Position numbers and translations under genes: made by a program. DNA of 64,000 bases from Glaucostegus cemiculus. Its lineage: Eukaryota. Location: contig CDPCPM010000104.1 in the NCBI GenBank assembly GCA_976551045.1, positions 1,488,001 through 1,552,000 of the forward strand, read 5' to 3'. Positions 23,090 to 35,463 of this stretch are shown here, one piece after another. Numbering within the stretch: the stretch's first letter is position 1; the number at the start of each line of letters is the position of its first letter. The notes beneath the pieces are model-generated. The model saw only the letters and a list, made by a program, of their open reading frames with translations, had not been told where the DNA came from and did no database searches.

Positions 23090-24310
23090 GGAAATCCCAG
23101 CCAATCAGAAGTCAAGAAAGTTACTTCAATGTAATCATGCCATAATTCACGCCCACTGCCTACAGCAGAATATTGATACATTACCCTCTCAAATAACAAT
23201 ACTGTCTCCCACAGCAGAGCTGCATGCAGAGACAGACACGGGAGAAAGAAGGTGATTGACTTTTGCAGACAGAAAACGTGTTATATATTAGCCTTGTCAG
23301 CCATCATAAAGTATTCCCCTAAGTATCGGTAAATGTGCAATCTGTCCACTTCCTTGCACAGTCCCCCATCCTCCCAGCAGCACTGCCATTCTAACTCAAC
23401 AGCATTCAGCTCTTAACAGCTGCTTAAAGCTGATACAAGCACTTCTATCTCTCAGCAGGCAATTCTTACATAACCATTTATTTTTCCAGATTTTTTTTAA
23501 AGAGCCTGCAGGATTTAATTATGTATACAGACACTCCTATAAACTCTATTCTGAGATCTTTATTGACTTTTCACTGAGCCTGCATATTCCTACAATTAAA
23601 CCAAATAAAACTTTCCATTTCTGCCAAACCTTGCTCAGGTTTTTGTTTGTTGTAATAACACTATCCCGCTCAAATAGATAATAGCTATCAGGAACAGCTG
23701 GGTTTTTACTGCATCTTAATCTTATAGGCAATCAATTGGACCACTTCATCTCAGAATCTAGTACAAATCCCGCCTAGTTTCCTGGACTGTTGAAGTGACA
23801 AAGGCAGTGAGAAGGGTAAAGGAAAATGACCCCCCTTGTCCAGGTTTTAATATTGCTGTCATGACAGGCTGTGCGAGGTGTGATTGGTCTGCATTTTCAG
23901 AAGGCTGCTGTCTAACCTGGACCTGGGCAGCGTCGTGTTTTCACTTTCCTGTTCAATAACAGCTACTGAGTGCTACCAAACGCTGTCCGGCTGACTGATG
24001 ACCAGTTATGCCGGGTTTCGCGAGAAGGGGAGCTGGAGGCAGAGAGGGGGAGGGAGAGATAGCTGTTGCCTTTGTCTACTTTCTCCAGTGCGATTCTGTG
24101 GTATTTACAAGACTCCTGCTACCCCCCATTCAATGCAGCGTGCGACATTTCATACACAGCGGGCAGTCACAGGCACTCCAGGCCCGTCTGTGGAAACCTA
24201 CCTCTTTTTCATACATCTCCAGCAGAATTATGCACCTCAACTGCTCTCTTAAGCTATTCTAATTTCCCTTCCCCTCTTTAAGCTGCCCTGTGAGCCATGA
24301 GTATGCATTA
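23090..24310. promoter_or_regulatory. Putative internal or alternative promoter and first-exon region
   Basis: Repeat-free. CCAAT boxes (AGCCAATCAG ~23099; TGATTGG 23881), GC-box-like CACGCCCAC (~23148) and CCCGCC (~23769), CpG enrichment 23870-24190, GCC ATG A|GTATGC at 24294-24306. Confidence 0.45.
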
Positions 24311-27300
24311 AAATCTCCCTAAAACAGTTACCCAGAGGCAATGTAATTCCAAAACAAGCACCTAACACTTCACAGCTAAGAAATAATGGATTAATTTGAA
24401 CCTAATGTCGCCCCAGTTTACTGCTCCAAATGTTCTGCTGCAGACATAGCCCGGAGGCATAGTGCTGTGGCATGAGCACAACTCCTGGAACCGCAGCTAC
24501 AGTTGGCTTAACATCTGTGCTTCACATTTACCATGTGCCTCATTATCCTGTGCCCCACTGTGCCTACCTGTCCCAATCAAGCTTCTCAGCCACAGGCTAT
24601 CCAATTTTTTCCCAACTAAGAATCTTTGTTCTCTTTCTCACTTACTAAATTTCTGAGAGACCTCTGCACCCTTAGCAGTAGGGGTTTCTGTCCAGGCATA
24701 CCTTATGTGTTCTGGAGACTCTGAACATTTCTTTAATAAACAGAGAGAGGGGAAAAAAAGCGAAACATAAAATGCTCCAACCTGTCACTAAATAAATCTC
24801 TCCTTTTTTTTCCGCTGGTTCTAATATGAGGCCTGAACACATCAGAAAGTTGTTTGTTTGACTTTATAGGGCTGATTTATTTTGAGAGTGTGAAGTGTGA
24901 ACACTGGGATCAGCAAGCACACATTTCTGAGCTGAAGAAACCAGAGAAATGATTAGTGCCTACTTTTCAAATGAAAATATTTTTTCTGAATAGTAAATGT
25001 TTTTACTGGGCACCACCTGATTTAACTTGAAGCGCTCGTTTGCAGTGAGGCCGTGAAGTTTAAAATATTTGTCACTAAAGCCAATTAAAATATAAAAATG
25101 AATTAAAGAGTCACAAATATGCACTAAAGTACCAGTTTTACATGCGAGTTATAATAGATACATTGTTGAAGTGTTGTAATTACAGCATGAGGTTTGGGTT
25201 CTGGAGGTGAGCTCGACACACAGATCTAGATCCAAGGTTATACTGTATAATGTTTACATAAGATGTATGGAACTGATCAAGTGACATTAATTTGACGATA
25301 TCATTATGCCAGGACATTGAATAATTATGCTTGCTTGGAAAACTTTAAATAGCATTTCCAATGCTGATGTGAAAATATGATAAAAATGTACAAATCATTT
25401 ACTTAGTACTTTTTCTTCTATGTCCACACTCTTGGCACTCCCAAGATGGTGACCATTATGACTTTTTTTCAGGTGGTTGGTAAAAAAAATACTAACTTCC
25501 ATCTGGTTTATATCAATAGTAGGGCAAAGGTATTCTCCTGCTTCAGTTTCTGTTTATCACCAGTCTACCCATGTACCAAGTGCATGCATTTCTGTCTCTG
25601 TTTGTTACATATTCATTTGACAAAATGGTCCTAGCAATTGCTCAAGGTTCCTTCAACTCAAAACCAAAGTAAAATGAGGGCCTTGAATGGTGTAGGTATT
25701 AAGCTTTGCTGTGTCTTCCTTGTTAATTCTCTTTCTGTGCACACCCATGGCTCAACCAACAGAATGATTCACAGAGGAGTGTTCCGTGTAGCTTTTATTG
25801 AAGGGCAGTAGCTGGATAGGGTCGGTGTTATTTTTGTCTCATTACACATGCCCATAAGCAAAAGGAACAAAAGGGGCAATGCTTTCTGTGAAGGCTGTGT
25901 GACATTAAAAACTCTTGAGAAATGGGGAACTCATCTCATTTGATGTAACTTTTGTAAAAAAAATCAACAAAGTTATTACAAAACAGAAACAAAGTTAATC
26001 CTGCTACTCACCTGAATAACTCTAACTCCTGTTTATTAATGAATAGTTTCTGTGTAGTTAGTTAGTTTGTATTATACAGAAGGCTTCTTGCAATCTATTC
26101 CTCCAGTCCCTATACCATCCTTTGTCAACAGTATAAAAAAGACGGACTTCAACCACTCATCTCACTCAATGCTCCATCCAGCTTCTAAAATTTAATTGAA
26201 GGTGGCAGTCTCTTGTGCAACAAACAAAATCAGTTAACGGAATATTTAAAGAACAGTGGAAACAAACTGCATTTATCATCTTCTGCCTGCTAAAGTAAGT
26301 TTTTTTTCAGAATATTGCAATAAGTGGAGGATAGTTACATACAGATTATATGCGAAACAAAATCAGTTGTAAATCACTTACTACAGTGTAATCACGAAGC
26401 TTGATTGACAAGGGAATTCCCCAGTCATCTTCACTCTGTCTATCACGTTGCCACCACATGCAGCCGATTTAAAAGTAAGTTTATTCCTAAATGGTAGGTC
26501 AGATGTGTTTAAAATGGCTGTTTCATTGTGCTAAGCTTACTTTAGTAGTAGAACTCACAGTTATCATTCTTAAATATGATAACCTCTAAAAGAACAAATG
26601 CAACAATTACATTTTAAACATATATATGTGATTTTGACTGAAAATCTGACCAAAACTTTAATTTTAAAAGTTGTTGGAGCTTGGTGTATTATTTGTACTG
26701 ATAGCCAAATTCTCCCAAAATGGAAATGCTACCCTATTACCTATTGGTGGAATCTTACCGTGTGCAGATTGGCTTCATTCCTTCACAAAGTGAAGGTGCT
26801 ATGCAGAACAGACATAATTTTAATGAATGGCAATTTAAATTGATGGCTGAATAGTTTAATCATCTTCCTCAATCCTCCATGCAACATTACAGCAGTGACT
26901 ATAATGGCTTGTAAGAGCTACGTAAATGTACATTCTTCTGGTGAAGGAGGCAATAAAAATTTTGAATGCAGTAGGTGTTTTTACTTGTTAATGAGATGAA
27001 GTTATCAGCAAGGTTGGATAAACTGAGAGGAGGTGATAATATTTCTTGCCTGTTTCCAATTCTTCTGATGCAGTAAAAGATCGTAATGAGTAAAATTAGA
27101 TCAATTTAAAGCAGAAGCAATCAGCTTTTCACCAAGATGACTGGAATTACTGAGAAGAAGCAAGTTCTGCTGTCTTCTTGACTATGCTTGAGGAAGTGCT
27201 ACAAAAATGTCTCCTTGTTGTAGTGCAATCTATTACTACAGTCGAGAGGCAAGGCTTTCAAACTTGCTCTTTAATGGAGCTTCACTTGAGTGGACTCTTG

Positions 27301-28519
27301 TTAACCACCAGAAGTCACCATTTCCTGGCTTTAATGTTTGCAAAGCATTACCCACCATCATAATAATGTTTTTAAATCAATGGCTCAGCCACAGAAAATA
27401 CACATTACAACCAATTTGTGGAAAATTTCATCTTTCAAAGTATCGTTTTCAAAAATCTATGAGTAGCAAAGGAACAGGAAGCATAATTCCCTTGTTTACA
27501 AACACAGACTGTATTTGTAGACCAACCAGTTAACTTGATGTGTTGTATAAGCTGAAGTTTAACTGGTTTTTATTAGAAGATGTTTGAATTGTAATAGCTC
27601 TGCAACTTCTGCTTCCTGTAAACATTTTATTCAATAAATATGAAGAACTGCATACCACAGGATGCTACTGTATAATACATTCCTTCAATACAATTTGTGT
27701 ACAAATGGCTGAAAAGTTCAATTCCACAATGTTGTGTGTGTGTATTTATTTAACAAACTCATGGGAGGATTGTAATGATGCAAAACCACATGTCTTCTTA
27801 AAACAATTAATCAACTAAAAATGACATTGACTTGTGTTCACACCAACTCAATGAGCTTAATGGTTGTTGATTACATGTGCGCAATGATCTCACTGCCCAA
27901 TGACCGCGATCTCAATGAGGTAGTTGATTAATGTTCACATTAAACTTAATGCTTTTGCTGACTAGTGATCACACCGGTTCAATTATTTCAGATAACAAGT
28001 GACTAATAATCTCACGGTGACATGTCTTTTTTTTAATTTGGTGCCATTTCAATTGTCATCCATGCATTTGTTACCTCTGGACTTGGCTTTCTAATGCACT
28101 CCTGGCTGACTTCCCTTGTTCTACTCTCTGGAAATTTGAGGCTACTGTCCATGTCTTAACTAACATCAGGTTCTGTTCTGTGCACTGACCTCGAATGGCT
28201 CCTGGATAAGGAATGCTGCAATTTTAAAATGATCACACTTGTTTGCAAATCCCTCCATCATCTCACCCCTTAAACTTCCTCTGATCCACCAATCCCCTGA
28301 AATGACTGAATTCCTATAACTTCAGTCTGTTGATCACCCCCAAACGTAAGGATTCCACCACATGTGTCTATACTATCAGCTATCACTTCCCTAAGCTCTG
28401 GAATTCCAACCCCTAAACAGCTCTGCCATTCTATCTTTCTTTCCTCCTTTAAGAAGTTCCTTAAAATAGAATTTGATCATCTGCTCTAATAGTTCCTTAG
28501 CAAACAACTACAAATGTTG

Positions 28520-28940
28520 TAAAGTTAACAAAACCCTAGAAAATTCTTGCAATATTTAGTTGGCCAGCTTCCATGGAGAGAGAAATAGGAGATATAGATA
28601 TTTATTTATTTGCCACATGTACATCGAAACACACAGTGAAATACGTTTTTTTGCATTGCTAAGAATGTGCTGGGGGCAGCCCGCAAGTGTCACCACTCTT
28701 CTGGTACCAACATAGCATGCCCACAGCTCCCAACCTGTACATCTCTGGAACGTGGGAGGAAACCCATGTCAGCACAGGGAGAACATACAAACTCCTTACA
28801 GGCAGTAGCGGGAATTAAACCCAGGTCACTGGTGCTGTAATAGCATGATGGACTTTCATTATTGACCCAAAATGTTATAGTTGCTGGCAGGCCTTCTGAG
28901 TGCTTCCAACATTTTCTGTTTTTATTTCTAATATTTCCAT
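28520..28940. mobile_element. Degraded Penelope-like inverted fragment split by a SINE
   Basis: Left arm …GGCCAGCTTCCATGGAGAGAGAAA; right arm TGACCCAAAATGTTA…CTGAGTGCTTCCAACATTTTCTGTTTTTATTTC; same family as 30405. Confidence 0.55.
28590..28846 (-). mobile_element. 5'-truncated V-SINE, Rex/Babar-like-tail subfamily
   Basis: Aligns by eye with the 21463 copy; internal deletion in the V-core. Confidence 0.9.
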
Positions 28941-29759
28941 ATATATTTGGTGTTATATTGGATAACACTTGTGTGAAACAACTCGGAATGTTCTGCTATA
29001 TTAGACGACATACAAATACAGGTTGTTCTTGTTGCGGTATTACTACACCTTTAATAAACTGGGACCATATATTGCAGGAGTATAGTCAAAAAATAAAAGA
29101 GGAATAAAGTTGTGTATTGGAGGTAAATTCGTTCTCCTACTATTGTTTATTTATGAGGTACATTGGGCAGTGAAATCCTGAATTATCCTGTCATTTTGAA
29201 TCGTGCTTGCTCAACCATTTTGCAGAACTGAAAATCATTATTGCTATGAAGCACAGTGTAGAACTCCCTCAACATACTAAAGACTGTGCCACAGGGATTT
29301 ATGAAAACATCAGGAAAAAGCCCTCACCATCTATTTAAAGCAAACATTTACTCTTACAATTATGATGCATCTCATAAAGCATCCATTTATCCCATGGTGT
29401 CCTTGGAAGTGACAGGGAGGGTTGTTGAAATTCCCACATACAAATTAAACATATGCTCATGTTATAAGCCTGAAAATTTTAAGCTAGGAATCCTCTTTCT
29501 TTTCCTTGTTTGTAAAGACCAATGCTCTAATTCAGGAGCAAGGAGTACAGGCCATCTCTTTCCTTTGTTTAGCAGAATGACAGGGAATGAGAGCATTCAT
29601 CAGTCTGTCAAATCCATACAATTCCCACTCCCTGCCATCTCCCCATAGACCTGCAGATTTTTCACTTTTGGACACTTAACTAGCTCCCTTTAAAATTTGG
29701 CAATTGAATCTGCCTCCTCAGCTGGCCCTGCCAGTATATTCCATGTCCCAGCTAGCCTT

Positions 29760-30045
29760 TCCATGAGTGGGAGACTTTTGAACAAGTGGACATATTTAAA
29801 AGATAAGGGGGCAGTCTTTTAAAACAATGGTGTGCAGAAATTACTTTTCGTAGATTTCTTTGGAAATCTCTTTCCCAGAGGGTTGTGGTGACTAGGTCAT
29901 TGGAGTTATTTAAAGTGGCGGTAGACAACATTTTGAAAGATTAGGGAATTGAGAGCTATGGGGAAGAGATAAGGCTGAACAGCCATGGTCATATTGAATG
30001 GCAGGGAGGCCTGAGGGGTCAGGTGGCCTCCTCTTGCTCCTATTT
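29760..30045 (+). mobile_element. CR1 3' fragment inserted in opposite orientation
   Basis: TTTCCATGAGTGGGAGACT…GGGTTGTGG…CAGCCATGGTCATATTGAATGGCAGGGAGGCCTGAGGGGTCAGGTGGCCTCCTCTTGCTCCTATTTTC. Confidence 0.8.
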
Positions 30046-30403
30046 TCCATTTGGCCTTGTGCTCTAACCAGCTTCCATGTAAAAGAAGAATCTTCATGTC
30101 AGTTTTGGTTCTTTTGCCAGTCACATTCACTCTCCATTGTCAACACCATTGCTGATGGGAGGAGATTCCATCTACTCTGCTTTCTTAAATACCTGCTACC
30201 AGATCTTCTGACACCTTCTATTCCAAGAACAACATCAACTTCTCCAGTCTACCACATCAGTAAAGTCCCTCATCCCCGGAATCAATTTGGTAAATTTCTT
30301 CTGCACTTTCTCCAAAGCCTTTGCACTTCTAAGGTGTGGCACAGAGAACTGGACGCAATACTCAGTTGTGGCCAAGCCAGTGCTTAGTAAAGGTTCATCA
30401 TGA

Positions 30404-30565
30404 AGTAAAAACAGAAGATGCTGGAAACACTCAGCAGGTCAGGCAGCATCTATGGAAAGAATTAATATTTCAGGTCAAAGACCCTTCATCAGTGTGTTGA
30501 CATTTCCAGCATTTTCTGTTTTTATTTCAGGATTTCCAGCAACTGCAATTTTATTTTTGCTTCTC
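30404..30565. mobile_element. Penelope-like fold-back fragment with hammerhead core
   Basis: AAAAACAGAAGATGCTGGAAA…TTTCCAGCATTTTCTGTTTTT inverted arms; minus-strand CTGATGA-AGGGTCTTTGACCT-GAAA; interrupts the CR1 between TCATGA and TCATTA. Confidence 0.75.
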
Positions 30566-31834
30566 ATTACTTCATTGCTCTTCTACTCCATGCCCCTAGT
30601 TATAAAATGCAGGACCCAGTTTGCTTTCTCAACCTTCTCTTGCACTTTCAATGGCCAATACACATATACCCAAGACCTCTCCGTTTCTTGTATCCTTTTT
30701 TGAATTGTGCCCTCTAGCTTATGTTGCCAGATATAGTTAGGAATATTGAGTGAAAAGAATAAAGACAATCTTTGTTTAAAAAGAACACAAGTCTATTGGA
30801 AAGCAAGCTCTTAACTGCCTCTACACTAAATGGACAATAGCTTCAGATACATCACTTGATGTGTCAACCCCTGTCTCTTTAAGGTTCTGCTATCAGTTCC
30901 CCTTTTGTTGCTGCTGATGCAAACTAAATGGCAGCATTGTCATTGATGTACCTTTTTAAAGCACAACGCATTTCATTCTCTACCACTTTTCACTTCAAGG
31001 ATCATAAACAGCTCACTGTGAGTCACTGCAGCATCTTACTCGATGGGAACTCATCAAATATTCTATAAGCAGACTTTCCAGACACTTGTTTCCACTTTTG
31101 AGTTTTTCCATTAAATTTCTGTGGTACTTTGTGTAGTACTGTCTAGCTGTTTGAAAGACGTTATGTCACTATAATGTTTATTAGTGTGCTGGCCTTAAGC
31201 CCTTGCTTCATGCCTGGGCCAGATCTATTCACCACTGGCAGCATGCCTGGGTGATCTTTTGGGGCTTTAAACTAGGAATAGATTTAAGGATTTGAACTAA
31301 ATCCTACATGAGACAGAAAGAGCCCACAGTTAGCATGAGGACGAAAGGAGTAGACAGAGGAAGCTCGGCTTTAAGATTTCACCAGGTTTCATTGTCTCAC
31401 TGCAAAACTGTGATATAAAGTGGTTCATAGAAATGTGGCGTTTTCCATCAACAACAGCCAAACAAAACTGGCCTCAATGAGGGGCTGTTCTTGTTTTTTC
31501 AGCGCTGTTTTTCACGTGAGTGAATGTCAGGAAATTAAACTGGACCACAGCCCTACCCTTGTCTTGTACCTCTAAATGTACTTTTTTGGGAAGCTCAGGC
31601 AATAGCAATTGTGACCTCTCAACCTTTCGTTGCAAAAGCATGATAATTATATTCTGTTTTCTGCAATTTAAATCCACTTTGTGAGAATACCGCAAGTGTG
31701 CTACAGTCTCTTCACTGGTGAGAAAAAGTGGCTAACCTTAATTAGCCAGTCACATTCCAGCAAGATGACATTCATCACCCTGCTCCTTCAATGTTCTTCA
31801 CTTGGCTTCAGTAGGCACTCTGTCAACATTGAAA

Positions 31835-32270
31835 TAAACAAAATAAAACAGGAAGTGCTGGAAATACTTAAAAAATCATGAAGGGTACAAGGAGAGAGAA
31901 AGGTAATGTTTCAGGGTGATGACCTTCCATTGGACTTGTTAAAAGTCAGACGTGAACCAGGATTTAAGATGCAGAGAAAGTGATCAAGAACGGAAGCGGG
32001 GAGAGAACAGAAGGGATTGTCTGTGATAGAGGGCAGTCAAAAATAAGTGACTAAAAGAAGTGGTAGAACATAGTGAAACAGGATGGTAAAGAGAATAGTG
32101 AAGAACAGAACTTTGGACTTGACATGGTGTAAACATATGAGAATCCACTGTAAAAGAAACTGAATTTCCAACATAATGCCACCACTGGACACCTTCTCCT
32201 CCCCTTTCTTTTCCAGCACGTTTGAATTTGTTTAAGAGTCACAGAATTTGCAGTAATTGTTTTTTGAATA
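31835..32270 (-). mobile_element. Degraded Penelope-like fragment
   Basis: AAATAAAACAGGAAGTGCTGGAAATACT…ATGTTTCAGGGTGATGACCTTCCATTGG, purine-rich body, inverted end TTTCCAGCACGTTTG. Confidence 0.65.
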
Positions 32271-33329
32271 AGACACAGTTGATATTAATAAATTAAGCAA
32301 TAGATGGGGATAATCTGGGTTTGGACACATTCATACAGTTGCTATTCTTGTTGTGGGAGTTTTTGTTTTACAGAATTTTTCTGCTTAAAGGTTTTCAACT
32401 ACATCAGGATAAATCCTTCCCACCAACTGAGATGACCCATGTTCTTACATAGCTCAGTCAGCAGTGTCTTGTGACTCCTGATTAGGTCCCCGACAGTCAA
32501 CTACTGAGTACACACTTTTCATTTGTGAACCTAGCATTTTCAATCTCAGGGTGTCTAATGAGACATGGTTGAGGTAATAATTATTTTGGACTTTTTTGAA
32601 ACTCTGAATTCAGGTGAATCTTTGCAAAAATATGTACCTGATGCCCTCAACACAGGAGAATGTGAAGTACAACCAAGTCATTTGAGGAGATATGCAAAAC
32701 CTCTTAATATAATATTTGTGCCATTTGTGGCAATCCCCACCACACAGGTAAACTTTTATATCTGTTAACCTCTGCAGAAGTCACCTTCCCCCATAGAGTA
32801 TACAGAACAAAGACACTGGTAACCCCACAGATTGGTGTTCTTCTGCATACGATTTTACACTGCATTTCCCTTGTTTAGGCACTGTTGGTGCCAATTTGAT
32901 GTATAACATGCTTCTATCTTCGAAGAGCAAGTCATGCTGCATTGGAGTGCTTGCATGCGGGGCACTCTGATCTGTTTCATATGTGCAAGTCAGACAGATT
33001 GTGATATCAACAGCACACGATGCTGACTTAACAGCAATACTGCTGAAATTAAAGGAATCATTGATTACTGACAGCTTAGTTGCTAATCTTTTCTCATTAG
33101 TTGCTGATTTTTATGGAAAGTTTGGTGCTTCCAGATCTTAGCAACTTCAGGTAGATGTGTGTCTGGAGCTCAATGAGTTTGTGGTGTCTTTGGAGCTGAT
33201 TAAGACACTATTGTTCCCACACAAGATACTTTAGTTGTTATTCCTTATGCAAGGAGGATAGGAAAGGCCATATAAAGCAGGACAATGCAAGAAGAGGGTG
33301 ATTGAACTGAAGGAAGGGGAAAAGGAAAC

Positions 33330-33830
33330 TTCCACCAAGGGTCTTCTGGGGAAATTCTCCTTTGTCCATCTCAGTGAATGACAATGCTTGAGGTGCCAGA
33401 AATTCACACAGGAGAAGACCTGCACAGAAATATGTCTTATGTTCCAACCATACTCCAACTGCATAACCTTACGTGGACCCCTTTGCTGATGGACATCAGG
33501 AGCATGGTGGCCATGATATTCCACACATTGAGCTCCTACCAAGCTGAAGCTGGAGATACCTGCATTATTCACAGACACTATTTTAAGAGAGCTGAAATCA
33601 TCTCATTCTACCACGCCACAGAATAGCAATGGAATGAGGCTTTGTCTAGACTGCAATATTTCCAGTATGGCAAGGTGCCATTAATTGCACTTGGATCACT
33701 AGAAGTGTCCTGCATGTCACACTGGAGATGTATGTGCACTCTCAATATAGAGCTGGTGTGTGAACATACAGTGCATCATGCAGGACTGTACCTGGTAACG
33801 AGGCAGCATTCACAATGTTTTCACTAGTAT
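33330..33830 (+). pseudogene. Fossil PIF/Harbinger (HARBI1-like DDE) transposase
   Basis: Ordered motifs across frameshifts and stops: PPRVF, FVHLSE*QCLR.QKFTQE..CTEIC..FQP, IRSMVAMIFHTLSSYQAEAGDTC, FPVWQGAINCTWI (cf. FP.V.GAIDCTHV), HS/LNIELVCEH (cf. HSLNVQLVCD), IMQDCTW*RGSIHNVF (cf. A.YPGS.HD.F). Confidence 0.85.
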
Positions 33831-34553
33831 CATGGACTCAAGGGGACCTCTGTCTGTGCTGTACAAGTCTAATGATTCTCTTCTATGTAGCCATCCATTG
33901 TCCCATGAGTTGATGAACTACCTTAACAAACTAAAGACCTACTGAGCAACAAAGGTGTTTCCTTAAGTGCAAGACTTCAGACTCTCTTGTGCATTGGTAC
34001 TTTGTGGTAAACATGCCATTCATTATCCCCAGAGCCTTGACATTTTTTCCTCTTTTCAAAATATATCCACTTGCACACTTTTTCATCTTTGTTGCTGTAG
34101 TTATAGCCTTCACGAGCGCTATCTCAAAAATAAGTAACAGATGTTTAGTGTTCTGATTGGTCTAACTTTGGCTGGCATCATTTGGACGGCAAAATTTTGA
34201 GTTGGCTTGCTTCGACTTGGCCTGGATTGCAAATGTAGCTCTAGTGTGAACGTGGTCTGGCAGTCAGTGTAACGTCACCAGGAATATTGCAGCACACTCT
34301 GGTGATAACAAGGATAAACCAGCAAGCCAAGTATCTCCAGAGTATTCTGCCTTCAGACATTAAACATGTAAAACTGACATTGAAAATAAGATGAGGGAAA
34401 CAATAACAAATTCCTTGAATGGAAAATCCATGATCATTTATGTTTCTGTTTTAGAACTGTTAACTCAACTGGCACAACACACAATTTTACAGTCGGCAGC
34501 CATAGAGTAGCATAATGAAGATGGGACTAAGGATGCATCATCTCAACTAGATT

Positions 34554-35463
34554 GCGGATGACACGAAGATTGGTGGTGTTGTGGATAGTTTTGAGGGCTA
34601 TCAGAGGTTGCAGAGGGACATAGATAGGATGCAGAGTTGGGCTGAGAAGTGGCAGATGCAGTTCAACCCAGATAAGTGTGAAGTGGTTCATTTTGGTAGG
34701 TCGAATATGTTGGCGGAATATAGTATTACTGGTAGGACTATTGGCAGTGTGGAGGATCAGAGGGATCTTGGGGTCTGAGTCCATAGGACGCTCAAGGCCG
34801 CTGTGCAGGTTGACTCTGTGGTTAAGAAGGTATATGGTGTATTGTCCTTCATCAGTCGCGGGATTGAATTTAGGAGCTGAGAGGTATTGCTTCAGTTGTA
34901 CAGGTCCCTGGTCAGGCCCCACTTGGAGTATTGTGCCCAGTTCTGGTTGCCCCACTACAGGAAAGATGTGGAGGCCTTAGAGAGGGTGCAGAGGAGGTTT
35001 ACAAGGATGCTGCCTGGAATGCGGAGCATGCCTTATGAGAGCAGGTTGTGGGAACTTGGCCTCTTCTCCCTTGAGAGGAGGAGGATGAGGGGGGACCTGA
35101 TAGAGGTATATAATATGATGAGAGGTATTGATCGGGTAGATAGTCAGAGGCTTTTCCCCAGGGCTGAAATGGTGGTCACAAGAGGACATAGGTTTAAGGT
35201 GCTGGGGAGTAGATATAGAGGAGATGTCAGGGGTAAGTTTTTTACTCAGAGAGTGGTGAGTGCGTGGAATGGGCTGCTGGAAAGGGTTGTGGAGGCGGAT
35301 ACGATAGGGTCTTTCAAGAGACTGTTGGGTAGGCACATGGAGCAAAATAAGATAGAGGGCTATGGGTAAGCCTAGTAGTTTCTAGTGTAGGGACATGTTC
35401 GGCACAACTTTGTAGGCCGAAGGGCCTGAATTGTGCTGTAGATGTTCTATGTTCTATGTCTTT
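34554..35463 (+). mobile_element. Young 5'-truncated CR1/HER1 LINE (RT C-terminal half plus 3' UTR)
   Basis: Single frame ADDTKIGG…LQRDIDRMQSWAEKWQMQFNPDKCEV…LVRPHLEYCAQFW…ALERVQRRFTRM…RGDLIEVY…FFTQRVVSAWN, broken only by two in-frame TGA; tail GGCCGAAGGGCCTG…(TTCTATG)2; candidate TSD TAGATT (34548-34553, 35464-35469). Confidence 0.97.

Larger units (their letters stand above)
28057..29035 (+). mobile_element. L2 LINE 3' part, interrupted by a Penelope fragment and a SINE
   Basis: ATCCATGCATTTGTTACCTCTGGACTTG… reads as the IHAFVTS.L..SNALLA.LP L2 ORF2 motif; the tail (TGTGAAACAACTCGGAATG…TACAAATACAGGTTGTTCTTGTTG) resumes at about 28965. Confidence 0.8.
29525..30730 (-). mobile_element. Old CR1 LINE with nested insertions
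   Basis: Inverted CR1 3' end at about 29530; ORF2 remnants (KVQEKVEKANWVLHFITRGME) at 30583-30700. Confidence 0.7.
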
